Positions 8,192 through 19,100 of a stretch of DNA of 64,000 nucleotides are shown one piece after another. Within the stretch, counting starts at the first letter, position 1, and the number at the start of each line of letters is the position of its first letter. Below the pieces are notes generated by a model. It was not told where the DNA came from. It saw only the letters and a program-made list of their open reading frames with translations, and ran no database searches. The stretch lies in contig JACRCZ010000085.1 of NCBI GenBank assembly GCA_016218765.1, positions 871 through 64,870 of the forward strand, given 5' to 3'. This stretch comes from Deltaproteobacteria bacterium. GTDB lineage: Bacteria > Myxococcota_A > Polyangia > DRWM01 > JAAZOP01. Made by a program: the position numbers and the translations under genes.

Positions 8192-8223
8192 CCACTCCAA
8201 GGCCACTCCAATCGCTACTCCAA
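8192..8223 (+). repeat. three direct repeats C(C/T)ACTCCAA at 11-12 bp spacing
   Basis: CCACTCCAA at 8192-8200 and 8203-8211, and CTACTCCAA at 8215-8223. They lie in the intergenic region between tRNA-Gly and the Cys-rich lipoprotein gene. Confidence 0.6.
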
Positions 8224-8371
8224 GAGCCACCCCGGCACCCGCGACGGTCGACGAATGACGGCACGACCACGCAACGTTTCGCGCCGCCGGCGCGATGAAG
8301 GCCCGCGGCGGAAAAGACGGCGGGCGGCCGAAAAAACCACGTCCGCCACCGACAGCCGCAGGAGGTGGGAA

Positions 8372-9097
8372 ATGCGATGCCGGTGGACCTGGATCGTGAT
8401 GCTCGGATCCGCGGCGGGCGCCTGCGCCGAGCCGTTCGACGTCGACGACGACCGCCCCATGACCCGCCAGGAAACCTGCACCGCAACCACGTGCGAACGA
8501 CAACACCAGGAGTGCCGCGAAAACACCGCGCTCCGCTGCGACACCTGCCTCGCCTCCTGCGAAAACCCGACACGCGTCGAGGACGCCCCGGACTGCTTCC
8601 ACGCCTGCGTCGAATCCTGCGACTCCGGCCCCTGCTACGACGAGCCGTGCAACGACTCCTGCGCCGAACGCTCGTTCGTCTTCCAACCCTCGCCCGACGC
8701 CGACCCCGCCGTCCTCGACGCCTGCCTCCGGGGCCTGGAACGCGACCGCCGCTGCGGCCAGGAGCCCGCACCCGTGGACTGCGAGCGCCTGTCCCACGTC
8801 CTCCGCACCGAGGTCGCCGACGCCTGGAACTGCCGCGCCGCCCTCCCCTGCGACGACAGCACCGCCGCCTGCTACTCGGATCTGCTCCCCGGCAACCTCG
8901 GCGCCGAGACGTGCGCCGTCATCAGCACCACGTGCGCTCTCGAATGCGACCCCGGCCTCCGGGTCGAGCTGGACCGGACCACGAGCTGGTGGCGCGACGA
9001 CGTCGTCGCCGCCCTGCGCACCTGCCTCGCCGAACCCGTCTGCGACGACCTGCTCCGCTGCCTGGAAGCGTGGCACGCGGCGACGTCCGGCGCGTGA
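8372..9097 (+). CDS. cysteine-rich secreted/lipoprotein (241 aa)
   Basis: GGAGGTGG SD. Signal MRCRWTWIVMLGSAAGAC. More than 25 Cys in an acidic mature region. The upstream part of track ORF 7976-9097 overlaps the tRNA and is discarded. Confidence 0.6.
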   Translation: MRCRWTWIVMLGSAAGACAEPFDVDDDRPMTRQETCTATTCERQHQECRENTALRCDTCLASCENPTRVEDAPDCFHACVESCDSGPCYDEPCNDSCAERSFVFQPSPDADPAVLDACLRGLERDRRCGQEPAPVDCERLSHVLRTEVADAWNCRAALPCDDSTAACYSDLLPGNLGAETCAVISTTCALECDPGLRVELDRTTSWWRDDVVAALRTCLAEPVCDDLLRCLEAWHAATSGA

Positions 9098-9162
9098 CTC
9101 GATCTTTCGACGCGAGAGCGCGGTAGGATGCACTCCGGCGCCGCGACGCGCCGGGGAAACGC

Positions 9163-10311
9163 ATGCGCCTCATCCACTTCTCCGACACGCACCTGGGCTT
9201 CGCCGAATCCGCGAAGGTCGACCCCGCCACCGGACTCAACGTGCGCGAACAGGACGTCTACCGCGCGTTCTCGGCCGTGATCGACGCCGCGCTGGAACGC
9301 AAACCCGACCTGGTCGTCCACGCCGGCGACCTGTTCCACTCGGCCCGGCCATCGAACCGCGCCATCGTCACGGCCCTCCTCGGCTTCCAACGGCTCTCGG
9401 CCGCCGGCATCCCGCTGATCGTCGTCGCCGGCAACCACTCCGTGCCGCGCGTCGCCGCAAGCGGCTCGATCTTCGACGCCCTGCGCGTGCTGCCCGGCAT
9501 CCGCTCGGCGCACTCCGGGCGCTGCGAGGTGTTCGAGCTCGGGGACGCCGCCGTGCACTGCATCCCTCACGTCCCGACCGAAGACGGCCTGCGCGCCGCG
9601 CTCGACGCCCTCGCGCCCCGCGCCGACAAGCGCTTCAACGTCCTGGTCATGCACGCCGGCGTCGAAGAAGCCGACGGCCGCTTCTCGCTGGCCGAGTTCA
9701 ACGCGGTGAACCTCCCCTCGGGCGCGATCCAGCGCATGGGCGAGTTCGACTACGTCGCCCTGGGCCACTACCACCGCCCGATGCAGGTCGCCCCCCGCGT
9801 CCGCTACTCGGGCTCGACCGAACGCCTGCACGCCTCCGAGGCCGGCTACGCCAAGGGATTCCTCGAGGTCGACCTGGCCGGCGGGACGACCACCTTCCAC
9901 CGGCTGGCCCCGCGGGAGATCCTGCCCCTGCCGGTCCTGCCCTGCCGCGGGAAGACGCCGGGCGAGGTGCTCGACGCGCTGCGGGCGATCGCCGCATCCG
10001 TACCGTCGGTGGAAGGCGCCATCGTGGTGGTGCGGCTGGAGGAAATCGATCCGGTGGCCTGGATCGAGCTGTGGCGCGAGCGACGGGACTTCGAGCGCGA
10101 GCGGCTGGCGGGAGCGTTCGAGGTGCGCTGGGAGAAGACCTTTGCCGCCGTACGGCGCGGCAGCGGCGGCGGCGGGCCGATCGGCTCCTTGGCGACGGAA
10201 TTCGCGGCGTATATGAAGTCCGCGGCGACCGAGGGGCTCGATCGCGAGCGGCTGCGCGCGCTGGGCGAGCGCCTCATCGCACGGGTCCTGGAAGACGAGG
10301 TGCCGTCGTGA
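9163..10311 (+). CDS. sbcD: exonuclease SbcCD, nuclease subunit D (Mre11 family)
   Basis: Calcineurin-like phosphoesterase motifs FSDTHLG, HAGDLFH, VVAGNHS, MHAG and LGHYH. Confidence 0.9.
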   Translation: MRLIHFSDTHLGFAESAKVDPATGLNVREQDVYRAFSAVIDAALERKPDLVVHAGDLFHSARPSNRAIVTALLGFQRLSAAGIPLIVVAGNHSVPRVAASGSIFDALRVLPGIRSAHSGRCEVFELGDAAVHCIPHVPTEDGLRAALDALAPRADKRFNVLVMHAGVEEADGRFSLAEFNAVNLPSGAIQRMGEFDYVALGHYHRPMQVAPRVRYSGSTERLHASEAGYAKGFLEVDLAGGTTTFHRLAPREILPLPVLPCRGKTPGEVLDALRAIAASVPSVEGAIVVVRLEEIDPVAWIELWRERRDFERERLAGAFEVRWEKTFAAVRRGSGGGGPIGSLATEFAAYMKSAATEGLDRERLRALGERLIARVLEDEVPS

Positions 10312-12710
10312 TCCTGCGCCGGCTCTCGCTCCGCAATTTTCGCAAGTACCGCTCGTGCGAGCTGGAGTTCCCGCAGGGCCTGATCGGCGTGGTCGGCCGC
10401 AACGGCATGGGCAAGACCACGCTCCTGGAAGCCGTGGCCTTCGCGCTCTACGGCGCGAACGCGTCGCGCACGCGGGCCAAGGGCGTCCGCCGGGACGGGT
10501 GCGAAGCGGACGCGGCCTGCGAGGTGGAGCTGGAGTTCGAGCTGGAGGGAAGACCTTGCCGCGTGCTCCGCCGCGCGCGTGGCTCGGGCGAGATGTGGCA
10601 GGCCGAGCTGTGGGACGGCGGGGGCGCGGACCCGGCGGCCACCGGCCCGCGGGACGTGGACGCCGCCGTCCAGCAACGCCTCGCGATGGACTACACCACG
10701 TTCACCCGCTCGGTCTTCTCCAAACAGAAGGAGGTCGCCGCCCTCTCCGACGCCCAGCCCGAGGAACGACGCGCCGCGATCCGGCGCATGGTCGGCATCG
10801 AGACGATCAGCAAGGCGCGCGCGCTCGCCGCCGGGGAGCTGCGCGACAAGGAGAAGGAGCTGGAGGGCGCACGGCGGAACATCGAGGCGCTCCCGGAGCG
10901 TGCGGCCGAAGCCGAACGCGTGCGCGCCGAGATCCGTCTGGCCGCATCCGCCGCCCGGAAGGCCGTGGGTGAGGCCCGTGCGGCCGCGCGGCGCCTCAAG
11001 GCCGCGACGTCCACCCTGGCCGTTCTCGAGCGGAAACAGCGCGCCGACGCCGACCTCGACAAGCGCTTCTCTCGGACCGACGCCGAGCTGGTCGCAGCGC
11101 GGAACAACGCGGAGCGGCTCGAAGGCGAGCTGGCGGCGCTTGGCACGAAGAAGGCGGAGTCCGCCGCTCTCGCGGGCGAGGCGAAGGCGTTCGGCGCGGT
11201 GCGCAAGGAGAAGGAACGGCTGGATCGCGCGTCCGGCCGGCACGAGGAGCGCGTCGCGCTCGAGCGGGACCTCGAGCGGGCCAAGCGGCAAGCGGACGAG
11301 ACGGCGCGGCAGTGCGAGAGCCTGGCCGGCGCCCCAGGCGGTACCCGGCAGGCCGCGCGACGGCAGAAGGCGGCCGGCGCGGAGCAGCGCGCGGCGGCGG
11401 AAGACGCCCGGCGGCTGCACCGGACGCTCGCCGATGCCCGCGAGCGGCGCGGCAGCGCGGTTTCAGCGCGGGAACGCCTCGACCGGGCCATCGCCGACAT
11501 CCGCGCGCAGGGCGCCTCCGGCACCTGCCCGACCTGCCACCGCGAACTGGGCGGCACGTACGAGGAGATCCTCGAGCACCTCGCGCGCGAGCGGAACGGC
11601 CTGCACGAGGCCTGCTCCACGGCCGACGCCGAGGTCGGGCGGATCGAGGAGTTGCTGCGGCGGGCCGCCGAGCGCTCGGCCCGAGCGGATCGTTCCGTGG
11701 CCGACGCGGCGGAAGAGGTCCGGCGCGCGGCGGAGCAGACGAGCAGGATGGCCGGGGCGCGGGAGAAGGGCACCGCCGCCCGCGGGGAACTGCGCCGGCT
11801 CGGGAAACGGCTCGCAGCGCTGCGGCGCGTGGACTACGACGCCGTCCGGCACGAGACGGCGCGGCGGGAGAGCGAGCGCCTCGAAAAGGTGCACCGCAAG
11901 GTCGAGCTGCTGCGCAAGGAGGTCGCGAGGGAACCCGGCCTGCGCCGCGAGCTGCACGCCTGCCGCAAGAAGGAAGAGGCGCTCGCACGCGCGGCGGCCG
12001 CCACCGAGCGCAGGCGGCGGGCGCTCGGCTTCGACCGCGAGGCCTTCCAGGCGGCGCGAGCGGCCGCGGAACAGGCCCGGCTGGCGGACAAGAGCGCGGC
12101 GCTCGAGTCGGGGAGGGCCGAAGCCGCGACGGCGAGACTGCGCGAGCGCCTGGCGCAGGTGCTGGACGACGTCGAGCGGCTGGAGATGCTCCGCGTGCGG
12201 ATCGCGGAGGACGAGGAGCAGGTCCGGTACCTGCGGCGCGCCGGAGCGCTGCTCGACGGCTTCCGCGGCGAGCTGATCGGTCGCGTGAGACCGCAGATCG
12301 AGGAGCACGCGTCGTACCTGCTCGACCAGGTCACGGCCGGGCGCTATCCGCGCGTGGTGCTGGACGACGACTACAACATCGCGCTGGACGACGGGGAAGG
12401 GGTCTTCCCGCTCAAGCGCTTCTCCGGGGGCGAGGAGGATCTGGCGAACCTCTGCCTGCGCATCGCGATCGCGCAGGTCGTGGCGCAGCGCGCCGGCGGC
12501 CAGTCGCCGTCGGTCGTGGTCCTGGACGAGGTCTTCGCCGCGCAGGATTCCGACCGAAGGGAGAAGCTGCTCCAGGCGCTCGGACGGCTGCAGGAGATCT
12601 TCCGGCAGATCATCCTCATCACCCACATGGAGGACATCCACGACCGGGTGCCGCACGTGCTCCGCATCACGGAGAACGCGGCACGGGAGGCGGAGGCGGC
12701 GTGGATGTGA
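10308..12710 (+). CDS. sbcC: exonuclease SbcCD, ATPase subunit C (Rad50/SMC family)
   Basis: GTG start overlaps the sbcD stop (GTGA). Walker A GRNGMGKTT, long coiled coil with zinc hook CPTCHREL, signature FSGGEEDL, Walker B VVVLDEVF. Confidence 0.9.
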   Translation: MILRRLSLRNFRKYRSCELEFPQGLIGVVGRNGMGKTTLLEAVAFALYGANASRTRAKGVRRDGCEADAACEVELEFELEGRPCRVLRRARGSGEMWQAELWDGGGADPAATGPRDVDAAVQQRLAMDYTTFTRSVFSKQKEVAALSDAQPEERRAAIRRMVGIETISKARALAAGELRDKEKELEGARRNIEALPERAAEAERVRAEIRLAASAARKAVGEARAAARRLKAATSTLAVLERKQRADADLDKRFSRTDAELVAARNNAERLEGELAALGTKKAESAALAGEAKAFGAVRKEKERLDRASGRHEERVALERDLERAKRQADETARQCESLAGAPGGTRQAARRQKAAGAEQRAAAEDARRLHRTLADARERRGSAVSARERLDRAIADIRAQGASGTCPTCHRELGGTYEEILEHLARERNGLHEACSTADAEVGRIEELLRRAAERSARADRSVADAAEEVRRAAEQTSRMAGAREKGTAARGELRRLGKRLAALRRVDYDAVRHETARRESERLEKVHRKVELLRKEVAREPGLRRELHACRKKEEALARAAAATERRRRALGFDREAFQAARAAAEQARLADKSAALESGRAEAATARLRERLAQVLDDVERLEMLRVRIAEDEEQVRYLRRAGALLDGFRGELIGRVRPQIEEHASYLLDQVTAGRYPRVVLDDDYNIALDDGEGVFPLKRFSGGEEDLANLCLRIAIAQVVAQRAGGQSPSVVVLDEVFAAQDSDRREKLLQALGRLQEIFRQIILITHMEDIHDRVPHVLRITENAAREAEAAWM

Positions 12711-12716
12711 CGGGAG

Positions 12717-15700
12717 CTACCCGACGACCTCGACCATGGCTCCGGAGGCGGTGAACAGCAGGTACGCGCGCAGCGGCACGCCGGCGGCGCGCGCCACGGG
12801 GGCCAGGAGCGCGGCGTACGTCCGAAGCTGGGCGACGTAGGCGGGGTAGACGGCCGACAGGGGCCCCGCCGGGGGCGGGTCGGTCTTGAAGTCGACCAGG
12901 ATCAGGCCGGCGGGGGTCGTCGCGAGAAGATCCGCGTAGCCTGAGAGGAGCGTGCCGCCGGGTCCGGGACCGGCGACCGGATGCTCCAGGCGCACCTGCA
13001 CGCCGGAGCGTGCGAGAAGCCCGGCCGAGGCCAGCGCGTCCATCGCGCGCGAGACGTCCGCCTCCGCTTCGGCCAGGCGGTCGGCCAGGCCCGTACGCAC
13101 GGTCGCCCGTCGCACGGCCTCGCGCGCCGCGATCCCGCCGACGGCCAGGCCGATCGCGAGGTGGACGGTGTCGCCGAACACCGGACCGAATCGCCCGGGG
13201 CGCGCCGGGCGGGTCTCGGTCGCGGCGGTGGCGACGGAGGATGCGGTGTCGTCCTCCGCCACGGGCGGCGGCTCGTGCGCGGCCGCGGCGACGCCCCGCG
13301 GGCGGAATTTCGGCAGCGCCGCTTCGCGGGCGGCGCTCGCCCATTGTTCGTCCCGGCGCGCTTCCGCGCCCGGATCGGCGAAGGCCGGGGACGGCGCGGC
13401 GGGCGGCGGGGTCCGAGCCCAGGACGCCCCGCCGTCCTGGCGGAACGCCTCCAGCACCTGCGTCGTTCCAGCGGGGGCGCCGGCCACCAACGCCCCGGTC
13501 ACGGTGCGAGGATTCGCGCCGGCCGGGTCCCGGTCGCCGTCGGTCGAGATCGGCAGCACGAGCAGGTCGCGGGCGCGGGTCGCGGCCACGTACACCACGC
13601 GCAGGCGCTCGGCGCTGCGGTAGCTCTTCTCGCGCTCCAGGAACCCCTCGCCGGAGTCCCACTCGACGCGGTCGAGCGACAGCATCCAGTGCTTGCGGTC
13701 GCGCGAGACGGCCCACGCGGGCACGACCGTCGCCCGCTGGCCCAGCTCGGCGCGGCAGTCCCACAGCGCGACGACGGGGAATTCGAGGCCCTTGGCCTGG
13801 TGCACGGTCATGACCTGCACGGCCTCGACGCCGACCGGAGCGGGCGGATCGAGCTGCGCCGGGTCGTCGACCCACCCGCGCAGGCGCGCGCTGACGCCGT
13901 CGAAGTCGAGGCCCTCGCCGGCGGCAAGCCGCTCGACCTGCGAGCACAGCTCGCGCAGCCGGGCCAGGCGCTGCTCGCCGTTGGCCGCCAGCGCGACCGC
14001 GCGGCCCAGCCCGCTCCGCTCCAGCAGGTCGCGGGCCGTCGCGCCCGGCGAGCGCTCGAAGCGCCGCCGGCGCAGCTCGACGACCAGCCTGCGCGCCGCG
14101 TCCACGCGGCGCGCTGCTTCCGTCGGCGCGTCGCGCCGGCGGCCCCGCCACTCCAGGTGCTCGGCCGGGTCGAGCGCGAAGAACGGGGGCCGCAGGAGGG
14201 CCGCCTCGGCGGGACCGTCGCCGGCGTCCGTCAGCGACCGCAGCGCCAGGAGAAACCGGCGGTGGATCGGGTCCTCGAGGAACAGCTTCCCGCCCCGCGA
14301 GGTCCACGGGATCCGCGCCTCGTCCAGCTCGGCGAAAAGCAGCGGCAACGTCGCCGTGGAGATCGCCAGGACGGCGCAGTCGCCGTACCGCACCGCACGC
14401 TCGGCCCGCGTGGCCGCGTCGGTCACCGTCACGCCGCTCCGCGCCGGCTCGACGAGCCAGGCGAGGTAGCAGGCCAGCGCCCGGGCCTCGAGCCGCCGCC
14501 AGTCGGCCGCCTTGGGCTTGTGCTCGGACGGCGCCAGGGGCAGCACGTGGACGCGCGGCCCGTCTGCGGGCTGTGCGCGGCCCGGGTCGAGGTCCTGGTG
14601 GAAGACGGTTCCGGCGGTGGAGTCGAAGAGGGCGCCGCCGGGCGCCTCGCCGAGGATTTTCCGGAAGCGGTCGTTCAGGAACTCGATGAGCGCCGGGCGG
14701 CTGCGGAAGTTGGCGGTGAGGGGAGCGACGAGGGGCTCCCCGTCCAGGACGTGCCTCCGGACCTCGTCGTACATCGCCACGTCGGCGCGCCGGAAGCGGT
14801 AGATCGACTGCTTCGGATCCCCGACGATCGTCAGCTTGCCGGGGACCAGGCGCGTCTCCTCCCACGATTTCGCGCGCGACCCGTCCTCGCACAGGAACGC
14901 GGCGATCTCCGCCTGCAAGGGATCCGTGTCCTGGAATTCATCGATCAGCACGTGGTCGAAGAGCCGCTGGTACCGCGCGCGGACGGCGCCGGGGTCGTCG
15001 CGCAGGAGGTCGCGCAGCCGGGCCAGGAGGTCGAGCTGGTCGAGCACCCGGCGTCGCGCCTTCACCCGCTCGTACAGCGCCACGAGCACGGGGAAGGTCC
15101 GCACCAGGCCGACGGCCAGCCACTCGCGGAAGGGGGCGAGGATTCCGTCGCGCAGGGCAGGCTCCCCCGCATGCTCGCCGGTCTGCTTGCCGGCGTAGAC
15201 CTTCCACGCGTCCCAGGCGGCCGGGTTGCCGGCGAACTCCACGCTCTTGCGCGGGCCGTTCCGGTTGGGTGCGTTGCTCAGCTGCCCGTACAGCTCGCGA
15301 TATGCCTGCACGGGATCGGCCTCGTCGCGATAGGTCCGCAGGAGCGCGGCCGTCTCGCGCAGCCAGACGACGCCCTCGGGGCGCGGCTCGTCCGGGACCG
15401 CGCGTACCAGTCGGAGCAGGTCGTCCACCTTGCCGCGAAAGGCCGGGGCGTCGAACCGCGCCGGACCGGGCTCGACCGGCGGGACGTCGCGGTGGCTCGC
15501 GAACTCCCCCAGCAGCTCGCGCAGCCCCGACACGGTGCGGTAGCGCAGGTCACGGCCGCCCGCAGGGACGCCGGCAGCGAGGGCGGCGCGCACGGACTCG
15601 AGGGCCTCGCCGGCGCGGGCCTCCGCGGCCGTCCCGCGCAGCAGCTCCGCGAGGGTCCCGGTCTGCACGCCGTGCAGCAGGTCGCGAAAGGCCTCGTCGA

Positions 15701-16139
15701 CCAGCTCCCCCGCCTCCTCGGCGATCTCGTACGTCGGGCTGAGTCCCGCCTCGACCGGATGCAGCCGCAGCAGGCGGTCGGCAAACGAGTGGATCGTCCC
15801 CACGTACGCCAAGTCGAGGCCGGCGAGCGCTCGGCGCAAGTCGGTCGCGCGCCCTTCGCCCAGGCCGTCTCTCGTCAGCTCCGCGAGCAGCCGTTCGCGC
15901 AGCCGGAGGCGCAGCTCGCCGGCGGCGCGGCGGGTGAACGTGACCGCGGCGACGCGGTGCACGTCCATCGGCCGCGCGCCGTCCTCGGGCGCGAGCAGCC
16001 GGACGAGGCGCTCGATGAGGATCGTCGTCTTGCCGGTGCCCGCGCCGGCGTCGAGCAGCACGTTGCGCGCGCGTTCGGCGACGGCCCGGTCGCGGTGCTC
16101 CTGATCGGGCGCGGCGCGCAGGTCCTTCCTCGCCGTCAT
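12717..16139 (-). CDS. addA: AddA-type helicase-nuclease (UvrD/Rep helicase plus RecB-family nuclease)
   Basis: Start MTARKDL. Walker A DAGAGTGKTT, UvrD motifs (DEFQDT, VGDPKQSIYRFR, VMTVHQAKGLEF). C-terminal PD-(D/E)XK motif (GYADLL...LVDFKTD...QLRTY). ATGA overlap with addB. Confidence 0.85.
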   Translation of the reverse strand: MTARKDLRAAPDQEHRDRAVAERARNVLLDAGAGTGKTTILIERLVRLLAPEDGARPMDVHRVAAVTFTRRAAGELRLRLRERLLAELTRDGLGEGRATDLRRALAGLDLAYVGTIHSFADRLLRLHPVEAGLSPTYEIAEEAGELVDEAFRDLLHGVQTGTLAELLRGTAAEARAGEALESVRAALAAGVPAGGRDLRYRTVSGLRELLGEFASHRDVPPVEPGPARFDAPAFRGKVDDLLRLVRAVPDEPRPEGVVWLRETAALLRTYRDEADPVQAYRELYGQLSNAPNRNGPRKSVEFAGNPAAWDAWKVYAGKQTGEHAGEPALRDGILAPFREWLAVGLVRTFPVLVALYERVKARRRVLDQLDLLARLRDLLRDDPGAVRARYQRLFDHVLIDEFQDTDPLQAEIAAFLCEDGSRAKSWEETRLVPGKLTIVGDPKQSIYRFRRADVAMYDEVRRHVLDGEPLVAPLTANFRSRPALIEFLNDRFRKILGEAPGGALFDSTAGTVFHQDLDPGRAQPADGPRVHVLPLAPSEHKPKAADWRRLEARALACYLAWLVEPARSGVTVTDAATRAERAVRYGDCAVLAISTATLPLLFAELDEARIPWTSRGGKLFLEDPIHRRFLLALRSLTDAGDGPAEAALLRPPFFALDPAEHLEWRGRRRDAPTEAARRVDAARRLVVELRRRRFERSPGATARDLLERSGLGRAVALAANGEQRLARLRELCSQVERLAAGEGLDFDGVSARLRGWVDDPAQLDPPAPVGVEAVQVMTVHQAKGLEFPVVALWDCRAELGQRATVVPAWAVSRDRKHWMLSLDRVEWDSGEGFLEREKSYRSAERLRVVYVAATRARDLLVLPISTDGDRDPAGANPRTVTGALVAGAPAGTTQVLEAFRQDGGASWARTPPPAAPSPAFADPGAEARRDEQWASAAREAALPKFRPRGVAAAAHEPPPVAEDDTASSVATAATETRPARPGRFGPVFGDTVHLAIGLAVGGIAAREAVRRATVRTGLADRLAEAEADVSRAMDALASAGLLARSGVQVRLEHPVAGPGPGGTLLSGYADLLATTPAGLILVDFKTDPPPAGPLSAVYPAYVAQLRTYAALLAPVARAAGVPLRAYLLFTASGAMVEVVG

Positions 16140-19100
16140 GACCCGGGCGCCTCCTCGGCGCGCAGCGCGTGGAAGTCGGCCGCGGCGCCCGCGGCGGGCG
16201 GCCCGGGCGCGAACCGGCGACCGGGCGCCGCCTCGCCGCAGACCGCGACGAACGGGCAGTAGTCGCAGTCCGCCGCCGCCGGCGTCCGTGGGAACGAACG
16301 CTCGACGAGCAGTCGCACGGCGACGTCGAGCCAGCGCAGCGACGCCTCGCGCAACAGCTCCCAGTCGCCGCGGAAGGCGCGCTCCAGGGCCGGGCGGCGC
16401 TCGACGTAGGCGTAGGCAGTTTCGATCCGCGCCGGCGTGCCCCACTCCCCCGCGAGCCGCTCGGCCGCCAGGCCGTAGAGCGCGAGCTGCACGTCGAGCC
16501 GGGGCTCCGGGTCGGCCTCCCGGCCCGCGCGCAGGTGGACCCGACCCGTCTTCAGGTCGCGCACGACGGTGCGTTCATCCTCGACGTCGATGCGGTCGAT
16601 CCGCCCGTGGAGGTACAACGTGTTGTCGCCCAGCCGCAGCTCGAACGGCTCCGGCTCGCCAAAAGCGTGCTCGCAGGCGAACAGTCTCCGCGGGCGGCCG
16701 CCGTTCCAGTCGTAGTCGACGAACACCGCGACGGCGGCGAGCAGCCGCTCGAGCTGCTGGCGGCGGACGTCGGGGCCGGCCAGCGGCACCTCGCGCGCCA
16801 GCTCGTCGAACGCCGGCCGCGCGAGCGCCGCGGCGGTCGCCTTCCACTCGTCCGGCCCGCGTGATCGCGCGCCGAACTCCGTCCCGTGCTCGCGCGCGAA
16901 CATTTCGGCGACGCGGTGGAACAGCGAGCCGAACGAGAGGGGATCGAGGTCGAGCCCCGTCGGGGCGGAGACGGGCTCCTGCCACCCGAGAAGGGACGAG
17001 AGCAGGAAACGGTACGGGCACTGGAGCAGCGTGCGCACGGCGGTCGGCGAAAGCGGTCTCTCGCGAGCCAGGCCGGGAATCGCCGGCAGGACCGACGCGG
17101 AGGCGACGAACCCTCCCATCGGACCCTCATTGCCCCGCGTTTCCCGCTCGAGCAGCCGCGCCAGGTCCAGCTCCCCGGCGCCCGCCCATGCGCCCGGGAC
17201 GACGACCAGGCCCGCTCCGCCGTCGGGGACCCCGGGGCTCGTCGCCTTCGCCGTCGCCGCGGCGGCGGCGTCATGGCTCGCCGTCGGACCGAGCGGCCGT
17301 TCCAGTCGCCACGCCCGCCGCCGCGCCCGGGCCGGTTCGAACCAAAGGCGGGCGATGTCCGCAAGGCCGGGGACCGAGACGTCCGCACGACCCGGCCCGC
17401 GATCGTCCGGGGCGATGGCGCTCGCGACGTCGAGCAGCAGGGCGGACGGCTCGCGCTCGGTGCCGTTGACGTCCGAGGCGGGCACGGAGAGCACGACGCG
17501 CGCGGACGTGTTGCGGACGAGCCGGTCGAACGCGTGGAGCTGCGACAGCGTCCGATCGGTCGGCCCGGCGGCGCCGCGGCGTCCGTCCGCGGGCAGAACG
17601 GGGTCGACCCGCTCGGACGCCGGAAAGTGCCCCTCGGCCAGGCCGATGACCCGCACGGCGCGGAAGGGGAGGGTCGCGGTTCCGGCGATCGTGCCGACGT
17701 AGACGGCTGGCTCCCCGAATCGGCCGCCGCGGACGCGGAGGCCGGCGAGCGTCGACTCGACGAAGCGCAGCGCCTCCGTCCCGCGCAGCTCGGCGACGAC
17801 CTGCGAAACACAGCCTGCCTCGACCGCGCCGAGCAGCAGCGCCGGCACCGCCTCGTCTCCCGCCGCCGGGAGACGCACGTGGCGCTCGACGAACTCGATC
17901 AGACGCGCGTGGATCTCGGGGAGCGACTCACCGGCCAGGATGCCTTCCGCGAGATCGACCAGCGCCGCGAATGACGCGCGCACGGCACGCAGGTTGCGCA
18001 GGAGGCGCTCGCGCCGGCGACGGACCTCGCGGTGCTCGGGAGGGGAGTCGAGAGTCGACAGTCGAGAGTCGACAGTTCGTTGCCGTTCCTCGGCGCGCTC
18101 GGCCAGTCGCGCCTTCCATTCGAGCGCACCGCGCGGGTTGGACGGCGTGCCGCCGACGGTGCCGAGCGCGAACGCCAGTTCGACGGCCTCGCCGGTCGAG
18201 AGGTGTCCGTCGTCGCCTTCGAGACGGAGCCAGGGAAGGACGGCGGCGACGCGCGAGGCGGGGAGCGCGTCGCCGAGGGCCCTCAGAAGGCCGAGGATCC
18301 GGGCGCCGGCCGCGGTTGCGGACGCGGGCAGTCCGCCCTGGATGCAGACAGGCAGCGGGCCGCCGGGCCACGGCAGGCGCTCGATGCGGTCGACGAGCAT
18401 CCCCGCCAAGGGGTCGAGATTCGGGAGCAGGACGGCGAGCTCCTCGAGCGGCGTGCGGTGCTCGAGGACCTCGTGCGCGATCCAGTCCGCAGCGGCCTCC
18501 AGCTCATCCTCGATGCCGGCGCAGAGCTCGAGGTCCACGCTGCCGTCGGGCGACCTCCCGGCCGGCGCGCGCGGTGAGCGCTCGGGGGGCTCGAAGAGGT
18601 GGGCGGCGAGCCGGTCGCGGTCGGTGGCGCCGCCGATGGGAGGGCGAGCGTCACGCAGCGCCTCCGTACACGCGCGACCGAACAGCCGTTCCAGCCGCTC
18701 CAGGTGTTCCTCCCGCACGGGGCGGGCAGCGAGGACCGCGAGACTGTGCCGAGGCAGCGCGCGCAGGAACGCGGCGTGCGCGACCGTCTCATGGCCGGTG
18801 ACGGCGATGAGGATCGGTCCGTGGAGCGGACAGGCGGCGGGCAGTCGTTCCGCCGCCTCGCGCAGGATGCGGGCCGCCGTCCAGGACGTGCCCGCCTCGG
18901 CGTCCAGCTCGGTCCAGACCGCCGCGAGGTCGGCCTCGCGGGCCTGGGCGGCGCGCAGCAGCTCGGAAGAGGAGAGCCCGGCGCCCTCCAGCTCGGTGAT
19001 CGTGCGAGCAAACGCGTCGTCCCATCCCGGCCGCGACCGGAGCTGGATCGAATCGAAGTAGCGCATCGGGCGCTCGCGTCGGAGGAGGCGGCGGACGCGG

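Noticed and set aside
7976-8371. Upstream 132 codons of ORF 7976-9097
   Set aside because: They overlap the tRNA-Gly gene and its promoter region. A good SD and signal peptide define the real start at 8372.
12981-16262. 1093-aa plus-strand ORF, with similar ORFs at 12667-14892 and 16138-17469
   Set aside because: They are antisense or off-frame to addA/addB. No motifs are present and they are Arg/Gly-rich.
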